From contig NMRA01000001.1 in NCBI GenBank assembly GCA_002633005.1, positions 963,755 to 1,027,754 on the forward strand: a stretch of DNA of 64,000 bases. The letters are read 5' to 3'. Numbering within the stretch: the stretch's first letter is position 1; each line of letters begins with the position of its first letter. Below, piece after piece: positions 37,501 to 46,538 of this stretch. The notes beneath the pieces are model-generated. The model was not told where the DNA came from. It was given only the letters and a program-made list of their open reading frames with translations, and did no database searches. The DNA comes from Phoronis australis. Taxonomy: Eukaryota > Animalia > Phoronida. The position numbers and the translations under genes were made by a program.

Positions 37501-39010
37501 GCTTTTCTGATTCACATCTTCACGAGCAAAAGTGAACCAGATTCATTGAATCTTCTTGCAATGCATACCTCACAACTGCCGCCAAACCCAATCTATACAA
37601 CTACTGTTTAACTGAAGCATGGGAAAATCACATATCTGCAGAAACTGATATACATGTACGTCCACTACAGAGAATAATCGGTGATGTAGGACTGAACTTT
37701 CCAGGATTACGACAATCAGATGGTTTACAACTTTGGGTTTAGGGAGTATAATTACTTCATTACAATTGGTGACATACGTTATAATTATCGTTCTCTTTAA
37801 AGTATAAGATTCTTCACACAATCATTAATTTATGTCCGTGTTCTTTGTAAGAAATATCATCTCTACGGTCCCTTTCACGAAAAATGACTTAGGACTTAGA
37901 TAGATCTTATTTCGTCTTATTTCACAGTTGCTGAAAAAGGTTTAGCCATGTAATTGGAGCGCAATACATTCTAGGAATAATTCATAAATGTCTCAAAAAT
38001 GTCACTCTTTTCTCAAATGAGATTTGATTATTTTTCATAAATAATTGTGAGGGGCGCCAAAACTAAATTTCTGACTTAAGTCTTTAGTAGTCACTTTTCA
38101 TAAAACAGACCCTTGATCAGACTAATTTACTGTTTGTAAATATCAGATGCATTTACCTACAAGAATAAATATGGAGACGGCCATCTTGAGATAGTTCTAC
38201 TCCTTCCACATTGGTGAGCTTGTGATTGGCGAAAGAGGCAGAATACAACGCCATCTCTTGATCAATAACGTTGTCTCAGCAAAAATGTGCAACATTCTTT
38301 ACTGGACAAGTCCACACGTTTTAAAAAATACGGGACTTTTCAAACTAAATAATGTTTGAGGGAGTATCTAGTCACCAACAATAAAGTTGCGCTCCTGAAG
38401 ATCGCAGGATGAAAAGACGAGATAGGCTCATGTGCTGTTATGTTGTCAGAGCAGCCCGAGCATAGCAGACAATACAGTCAACGTGGCTCTGACGTCACGC
38501 ATGCGCTGTTTTTAACCAGTACTTTAGACCACAGGCAGACGTATTTCCCGATGACTCATAACTACATAAGAAACATTAAAGATGTTATGTCTCAATAAGT
38601 TGTGAATATGCAACAAACCACGCCGGGTCTTTCGGTGTGCCGGAAACTATTCGAACTAGAACCAGTTAGCATCAAAATCTCGCGAAAGTCTCGTTTTGCG
38701 AGGCAAAGGTTATGTAAATGAGTATGGTCAAAGGCATTAACGGTCTCTGGTATCGTAATATGTCATCGTCACCCTAATGAAACAAGGCACAGTTTTTATT
38801 ATTAGCTCATTTCACTATGCGTAGTATTTGGAATTACTAAGGTTCTCTTGTTTCTAAGTGTATCAGTTAGAGTGTTTTCTTTAAAACTGCAATTTATTTA
38901 CAGATTGTTTCGTTTACTGATTATACTTGTGCACACAGTTCTCCAGGAAGTCACGAGGTGGCGCTTGTTACAAATTTAAATATTCACGGTTTGAATGAGC
39001 ATCTTTAATG

Positions 39011-40590
39011 TTGGACACCACAGGCGCTTGGGTTTATCGCAAATGACGTCACTCAAGAAAACATAAAGGTTGGACACTTAAACTTTGCCAAGCCGAGGCT
39101 CCCAACTTCAACCGTCCAAAATCCAAATAAAATCTGCGTGCACCTCCCTTAGCCTGGTACTGCATAAACATTCAGAGCCTTATCTTTCCTAGATCCCATT
39201 AACTGTCTTCGTGAGTGGTGAAATGGCGATGGAATTTCCAAAACAATCTCAAAACTCTGAATTCAAGGACCTGAAATAGTAAACATGGCGGATTTCAATT
39301 GTGCTTCAACTTGTACGCCTGTCGTAGGTGAAACTTCGAGTTTGAGCAAGCAACCTATATTTCAAATTCAATAATTCTAATCCAAAACTCAACTATTGAG
39401 AATGTTAAAGTTAGTATTTTAATGATTATTTGTAACTTTATTCCACTGACGGCTCATTTTAGCCCTTAACTTAGAAATTTATTACATAAACTGGTGTATC
39501 TTGTTTCTCATCTTGACATAACGCACTTTTTTGATTGAAGCACAACACACTCGTCCAGGAAACGCAGTCCCTGCAAGTGTTACAATGCGCGTGGCCGACC
39601 AGTTAACTCAATAGTTTTGGCCAAAAGTAAAACCTTCATAAGAAATCACAGTACACAAAAACTTCGCATATCAATACAGTATCAGGATAATTTATATTTG
39701 ACACAAATATGTGAGTAATTACATTTATTTGGCAATAAAGTGCTCTCCGCTTCTCATGATCAAGCAGTCGAGGGATTGACGATGAAAGCCGCGCGAAATT
39801 AGACTTTCGGATTTAGCTCGGGAGCGTCCGTCAAAAACCCGGATGTGCGAAGACCGTCTGCCATGACATCACGGAATCAGGTCCTTGAATTTGTGATTTT
39901 GGCATTCTTTTGGCATTGTTGTCGCCAAATCACCACTCGAAGGCAATTTGAAGAGATCAAATGAAAGAAGGTATTCTAAGAGTTGTTCGATGCTAGTTTC
40001 GTGGAGTTCCATGCACATTTGAGTAGAAAATTTTTAGGAAACAGATTTCGAGTGTCCAACCTTTATGTTTTCTTATATATATATATATAAATATATATAT
40101 ATTATTGAGTGACGTCATTTGCGATAAACCCAAGCGCCTGTGTTGGACACTAAAGCTTTGCCGAGTCTAGGCTCCCAACTGCAACTGTCCCAAATCCAAA
40201 TAAAATCTGCGTGCATCTCCCTCAGACTGGTATTACATAAACCTCCGAACCCTTATTTTTCTATGAGTGGTGAATTGGCGACGGAATTTCCAAAACAAAT
40301 GCAAAAGTGAATTCATGACTGATAAATAGTTAACGTAGCAGATTTCAGTTGTGCTTTAACTTGTACGCCTATCGAAGATGAAATTTCAAGTTTCATCAAG
40401 CAACCTCTATGTCAAAGTCAAGAAATTTGACCCTAATTTAAATGATTGAAGTTACTAAAATTAGCCTTCCATTTATGACTATTTGCTTTTTCAGATAGCT
40501 CTCAATTTAGAATTTAGTTGCAAGAACTGACGTATCTTGTGGCTTGATCTTGACATTATGCGTTACGCTTAGTTGAAGCACAACAAACAC
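39011..40590. repeat. Local ~500-bp diverged duplication (39070-39560 vs 40143-40590) with a foldback arm and a (TA)n tract
   Basis: ttggacact..ctttgcc..aggctcccaact..aatccaaataaaatctgcgtgca occurs twice. A more diverged inverted arm lies at ~39870-40059. (TA)n at ~40073-40104. Confidence 0.75.
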
Positions 40591-40983
40591 TCGGCTTTTG
40601 GGGGAAATTTCCGATGTCTCACCGCATGTTTAGTGGCGGGAAATCACCTTTCGGCAGCTGCTGGATTTCGCAGTAGGCCTACATGTACGTTAGCAGCCAT
40701 CAACCCGTGGTTCTTCGGTTATAAACAACGTTATTTTACAAAACCAAAGTTTAAAAACATTCAAACTTATACTAAATTATGTGAAAGGCACTCAAATAAC
40801 ATTCGTGGGCGCATGGAAACAGAGCTTCGGAATTGCTTCAGGAGCGTCCTTGATATTCTAAATTAATTAGCTAATCCTCCTGGGTTCTTCCTGCAACGGA
40901 AAAGTCGTGAAAACCAGTCGCACTAATGCAAAAATATTTGACTCTAAAGTTTTAAATTAGAGAGGTACAATTTACATGACAAC

Positions 40984-41076
40984 TTACGCAAGTCGCCCTG
41001 TGGAACACACTTAAAGGTTTACGTGAGTTACAGAATAAACTTAATTATGCAAAAACTTACGCAAGAACTTACGCAA
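40984..41076 (+). promoter_or_regulatory. Cluster of C/EBP-type bZIP sites (TTAYGCAA x4) upstream of ADAM copy 4
   Basis: TTACGCAA at 40984, 41057, 41069; TTATGCAA at 41045; the homologous region of copy 3 has TTATGCAA at 25890 and 25957. Confidence 0.5.
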
Positions 41077-41364
41077 AAACTTATAAGAATTTCAATGTAG
41101 CAGGTCCTATCAATACAAATTGTTTCTCTGCTCTCGAAACAGCGGTATGTTTTTTGTTCGAAGAGTTTGTATCCAATGCCATTAATTCGTATTTAGGCTC
41201 GAGTTTTACTCAAAAGCGACGTATTTTTTTGACACAATAAATGTAAATTCTCACTCACACGTGATGGCCATGGTTAGTACAAATGATTCATCATTTGCAC
41301 GCAGTTGTGATCTTTTTAGGAAAATGACAATGGCAAAGAGCGTCACCAAGAAGTTACTGAAAGT

Positions 41365-43938
41365 ATGATACCAACGCTTGTGATGTCGTCAGCGATCGTT
41401 TTTGCCTTGCTATCTCTTGGATTTTTTGTAGGTGGATACAGAAGAACTTGTAGACCTCTTCCCAATTCAAAAATAAGATGCTACGAACCATTTCACATAA
41501 CATCTTTGCGCAAAATTGTGAAAGGAAAACAAAATGCACAACCGGGATCACGTCGGACTAAAAGAGACGATCATGGCGTATTGTACACGAATGATGTCTT
41601 CATGAATTTCAAAGCTTTCGAAAAAGAATTCTACCTAGAATTGGAACAGAGTAGAGAATTGTTTACTGACAATTTTCACGTTGAAACAAAGGACCAGGGA
41701 GGAACAAAATTTAATCTGGATCTATTGATAATGGGCGCGTTTTATACAGGATTTGTTGGAGGTGACAATTATTCCTTTGCTTGCGGCTGGCTAGAAGAAC
41801 AAACTGATGAGTTCGACGGAATCTTCAGAACAAGAGACGAATGTTACTTTATTGAGCCCGCGAAAAGATATGGATTAAATTTGAGGTCTATCATTTATAG
41901 AGCGAGTGATTTGGAGCTCAACGGCTCTGAATTTCATTACTGTGGATTACAAAAATTAGCAAGAAAATTTGCATTTAGCGTTTCTCATGACCTTAATAGA
42001 CAATTTCGCCGAAAACGGCAAACGGGGACCAAAACTATAAAAACCAAAGTTTGCCATTTACATGTTATCGCGGATCATTTATTTTTTAAGCATGTTGCTG
42101 GTAGCAGCATTGGAACAGCAGTTAAAGAAATTGTGCTTTACGTCGCCCACACTAATGTTATGTATAAGAATACTCAATTTGACACGCAGATAAGTTTAAA
42201 ATTGCATAAAATCTCGTTGTTCAAGAGTGAACATGATCCGGGCAACTCTCTGATCGGTAAAATAGAAAGTGCAGTTGCGTACTTAAAGAAGTTTGCGTCC
42301 ACGGGCACCAAGCATTTTAAGGGCTTTTGCTTGGGATTAGGTCTTACTTATAGAGATTTCCCTCGCGGCGTCTTAGGCCTTGCTTTCGTCGGGAATCATC
42401 GCGGAGCTGGAATTTGCGGTAGATGCTTGCACCGGCGAGAAGGACCCAGATGCTTGAATTCCGCCATAGTAAGCTTCCTTAACTTTGGAAAACCAGTCAC
42501 GCGATTGGTTGGAATCATAACCATCGCCCATGAAATAGGTCACTCTTTTGGGTCACCGCATGACCTTCCAGAACACAAAACCTGTGCACCCGGCGGGAGT
42601 GTCGGAAATTTTTTGATGTATGCCTTCGCTGGAACCGGTCAATATCCAAATAACAAACTGTTTTCGGTTTGTAGTACCTCTCACATGTGGCCAATAATCG
42701 AAAATAGGGGATTTTGTATGTTAAACGAGGATAGGTCCGTGTGTGGTAACGCTGTTAAGGAACATGACGAGGAATGCGACTGTGGAGAGAAGGACACTTG
42801 CGACGACTGGGATCATTGCTGTGTGCCGCCAGGTGATAGGAAACATAAACCGTGCACTATCAGGCGTCACCTTGGTTACACGTGCAGCGCGACGTCGAAA
42901 TTGTGCTGCGACGCAGAAACATGCCAACCAGTTGCAAAGGCCAAGCAAAAGGTCTGCGTGAAGAGCTTTGAATGTGTGCATTCGTCCATCTGCAGCGGAG
43001 TTGATTCTACATGTCCCATTCCGTCAATTTTGCCCAATGGAACACCGTGCAGATCGGGAAGCCTTGTATGCTCAGGGGGAGTGTGCAACACAACCAGATG
43101 TGCGGAAGTTGGGCTTCAACAGTGTCAGTGCAAACACAAGGAGTTTCTGTGCGTGTTGTGTTGCCAAGATGCAAAGGGCGCGTGCATACCGTTTGACCAA
43201 GATCCAGGAAACGGGGCGTTCATTCAACTCAACCAAGGTGAACTGTGCGGCGGAAATCTTGGAACATGCGACATACTTGGAAAATGTTTCACCGAGAACT
43301 TAGACGCACACTTAAATTTTCTGGTGCTGTTTACAGAAGAAGGTCTCTCTTCGGTGACAGACTGGATTAAACAAAAGTGGTACGTAATTTTTGCTGTTCT
43401 GGTTGTATTACTGGCAGCTGGAGTCGTCATAAAGTTCAAAGGTTCATTGAACACATCGAGCGAAAACCCAGGCGTGATGGCATATAGAGTAGGCAACATT
43501 GCAAGGGTGATGTTTGAAGTAAAACGCATCCTCGGTATGCTTCTAGTAAAACTTCACCTTGTCGTCGGGATGAAATTTATCTCTAGCTTAGAAGTACCAG
43601 TTGCCTTTGCAAGATTGGAGACGATTTTTCCTACTGCTCCGCAAGAAATCATTCGAAAAACGGTGCGTAAGTGTTCAACGGAAGAATGGGCAGTGATGCG
43701 TTTGCTGATAGCAGGATTTCCTTTACGAAAGCATGCTGTCCCGCATGCCCCCTCATTGTATTTTTTAAAAGAAAAGAATCTACTGACGGAATCGACTTCA
43801 TACATACGAGACTCTGGAAGCTCTGAGTCCAGTTTGAGTTCCAGATATTCTCTAAATAGTGACACTTCAAGTAAGTTTGAGAATAACCCGACGAAAGCTG
43901 ACAAAACCAATAGCATGTCAAGAGGCTATAGACCTTGA
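41365..43938 (+). CDS. ADAM10: ADAM10/kuzbanian-like disintegrin metalloprotease, copy 4 (intronless, 857 aa)
   Basis: HEIGHSFGSPHD, FLMYA, YCG switch, RTKR/RRKR, RDFPRGVLGLAFVG, disintegrin, Cys-rich, TM, tail with a Ser-rich extension. Symbol is family-level. Confidence 0.94.
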   Translation: MIPTLVMSSAIVFALLSLGFFVGGYRRTCRPLPNSKIRCYEPFHITSLRKIVKGKQNAQPGSRRTKRDDHGVLYTNDVFMNFKAFEKEFYLELEQSRELFTDNFHVETKDQGGTKFNLDLLIMGAFYTGFVGGDNYSFACGWLEEQTDEFDGIFRTRDECYFIEPAKRYGLNLRSIIYRASDLELNGSEFHYCGLQKLARKFAFSVSHDLNRQFRRKRQTGTKTIKTKVCHLHVIADHLFFKHVAGSSIGTAVKEIVLYVAHTNVMYKNTQFDTQISLKLHKISLFKSEHDPGNSLIGKIESAVAYLKKFASTGTKHFKGFCLGLGLTYRDFPRGVLGLAFVGNHRGAGICGRCLHRREGPRCLNSAIVSFLNFGKPVTRLVGIITIAHEIGHSFGSPHDLPEHKTCAPGGSVGNFLMYAFAGTGQYPNNKLFSVCSTSHMWPIIENRGFCMLNEDRSVCGNAVKEHDEECDCGEKDTCDDWDHCCVPPGDRKHKPCTIRRHLGYTCSATSKLCCDAETCQPVAKAKQKVCVKSFECVHSSICSGVDSTCPIPSILPNGTPCRSGSLVCSGGVCNTTRCAEVGLQQCQCKHKEFLCVLCCQDAKGACIPFDQDPGNGAFIQLNQGELCGGNLGTCDILGKCFTENLDAHLNFLVLFTEEGLSSVTDWIKQKWYVIFAVLVVLLAAGVVIKFKGSLNTSSENPGVMAYRVGNIARVMFEVKRILGMLLVKLHLVVGMKFISSLEVPVAFARLETIFPTAPQEIIRKTVRKCSTEEWAVMRLLIAGFPLRKHAVPHAPSLYFLKEKNLLTESTSYIRDSGSSESSLSSRYSLNSDTSSKFENNPTKADKTNSMSRGYRP

Positions 43939-45419
43939 TCTTGGATACAATCTTCGAAACCACACTAAACGCAGACTTAGAAACCAAGCAAGTACGGCGA
44001 GTGGAGGTTCTTTTATGGGAATCTATTTTGCATGGTTTGTGCTACGAGCTATGTTGCAGAGTTAAACGAGTGGTGAGCAGGCGAAAAATGGCTTTCATTA
44101 TGAGGAAAGTACTGCGAAAACTCTCTGTAGTTCTTCCGATAGTCCTTTGGCATACGGCAAACACAGAGATGTCAATGGACCGTGTTTAGATCTCTTAGAT
44201 TACCGACGTTGACGAAAGACTTTGTTAATTGCCCATTTGGTATTACCACACACACCGATTCCCTGGTCCAAACATGTGCGTTCAGATTCCTTGTTGCAGC
44301 CATCTGGACCAAGTTACCACCCAAAACTCGGGAGTTCCTTGCTTGTGGCGCTGCCTATACTCCCGACAATTTCGGTATGTTGAACCCCGCACACTCGATT
44401 GTTGTTCGGTCCCCTAATGTGACCTGGAATTGTCGGCAGCAAGTTTTGTATATTTAGCACCACCAATGAAACGCAATGCACGCGTTTCCCAAGCTTCTCC
44501 ATGCCGGTTCTAAACGATCAACTTACACCAATCCTCTCTTCGGCCACGCGATTTCGCAGTCCAGAAGATCTTGGTCACTTCCACTGAGACTTGGTTAGGT
44601 TTAACCCAGATGGTGGCTTGAATGCTGCCACTTGCAACGCATTTACTGTGAGTACCACGGCGTTTTTGTTACCAACACAGTAGGTTACAACGTTGCCGGA
44701 CACTACCACGTACCAAAGTAGATGTTCCAGCCCTGCATGCAGTCCGGAGTCCGACGACAGTAAAGAGAAAAAGATTTTTTTGTCTACCAGATATTCCATC
44801 TCCATGTAACTCTCCCGTGACGAAGCTGTTCGATCCCCCAGAGACTTTGCCTACAAGTATATGTCCAGAACGCACTGTGATTTTCCTGGCATCAGTTGAT
44901 ATCCTGTGTCCGGCATATCTGTCCTCCGATTCACCTGAACTGCTTTGCGTTCCTGCAGACGATGACCACATAACAGCTGTTCTGAGTATGGATCATACTG
45001 ATTCTTCACGACCCTGGCAGCAACGTAATCCACCAACGTATATGCAGGAATACGTAGATTTTTGTTGTTCACGTCGAGGTTTACTATTATTAGTGCGACG
45101 GAATTTGGTATAGCTATCGATTACTTGTACCTCTGACGGACTCAAGTTTGGATGGCCGTCTCTGTCAGCTTGAATTATAGTCAGTGCCTACAATATTGAG
45201 GTGCGTAAAGAAGCCAAATGCCAGTGAAGTCAATTCATTACTGTTAGGCAACACGGCGTTGAACGAACGACCTCTTGGCTGTCGCAGGTTGTATAGCGAA
45301 CAACGTGATTTTATGTTGCCAAATATATATGCAGTGAGATCTTTTCGCTGTGTCTTGATGTTTTTGTAACTATAAGTGTCGCAAAACGATAATGAGCTGA
45401 TCGACCGTGTTTATGGGTG

Positions 45420-46538
45420 CTACTCTACTGATACCTCACTAGTAAGTTGTGTACAGGAAGCGATTACTTAACCGAAATTTTGCTTTTTATCCTCTTGATC
45501 ACTATATACTTTTAGATGAACTGTCGGTTTACAGGACTGGCAAGGTTTTACTGGACTGGTTTGGCTCACACCTCTCAGAGATGTGCACGGTTTTATCCCT
45601 TGGTGGACGTCTGGCTAAGTTACGAGGTATCACACACGGTGTCCCCCAGGGATCCATCCTGGGATCTCTGCTGTTTTGCTTTTGATAATTGATCTCTCTT
45701 TGGTCTGATATAACGCGGTTGACATGTATGCAGACGGTTCTACTTTGTCTGCTATGGCAAACTCACTGGTGTCTGTCAGTCTGGTTTGGATAAAGTTGCT
45801 ACCTGGGTCCAGTCTCTAATCTTTGTACTCGAAACGAACTCGACATTATTTTTGGCAGTTTCTCTGCTTCTTTTGTGCTAACTCAAGATAAGTGGTTATC
45901 TGACTGTGCTCGAATACATTATAGTTTATGCCTATGAGTTTCTAGTCCAAGTTTGCACTTGAAGACCCTTATATTCGTGCTACACACTCGAGTAAAAACT
46001 CGAAATTTCGAATTCAAACTCGAACTTTTAGCCTTAATGTTGGGTTTATCAACTGCAAACTGGGACCAATAACTTACCCATGTAAGACAATATGTACTAG
46101 AGCATAAGATAATAGAAACTGATCGTTAGTTCCCACAAAAGTAGAGTTGAAAATGCCAAACAAAATTTCGAGTTCAGTGGCGGGTATAGAGGGGGGCCTA
46201 GGGGTCATGCCCCCCCTAAAATTCTCCCAGATTGCATTTGGCAGTTCGGAGGTGCGAATGTCAAAATGGCAAAATCCTGACTAATACTCTGCCCGGCCCC
46301 CCTAACTCAAAATACTGGATCCGTGCCTGGAGTTCCATTTCGAGTAAAAAGATTAGAGACCGGGCCCTGGTGTGTTGATAACAAAATGATAATTAATACT
46401 AAAAAAATGTATGAGTATTGTTTCAGAGCAACGTCATAGTAGAAGTGACCTTGAACTTAATCTGGCTATTTCGGGTGTGCAGTGAAAAGATATTGGCTGT
46501 TGACTAGACCCTCAACTGGTCTAATAATATTAGACAGT
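45420..46538 (+). mobile_element. CR1/L2-type LINE reverse transcriptase remnant, left part (interrupted)
   Basis: AF..LDH.ILL..L...LDWF.SHLS...ITHGVPQGSILG.LLF, NDL, MYADG (decayed YADD), then ...TLNW. Interrupted by ~45935-46365 and by the Academ element. Confidence 0.8.
46175..46329 (-). mobile_element. MITE family A copy, 5-bp TSD GAGTT
   Basis: GAGTT at 46170-46174 and 46330-46334; homologous to 1028-1195. Confidence 0.85.

Noticed and set aside
13635-43916. Recurrent antisense and alternative-frame ORFs inside the ADAM genes
   Set aside because: Shadows of the conserved sense ORFs; their recurrence follows from paralog identity.
44180-45110. Cluster of short ORFs, possible gag-like remnant
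   Set aside because: No recognisable domain or consistent frame.
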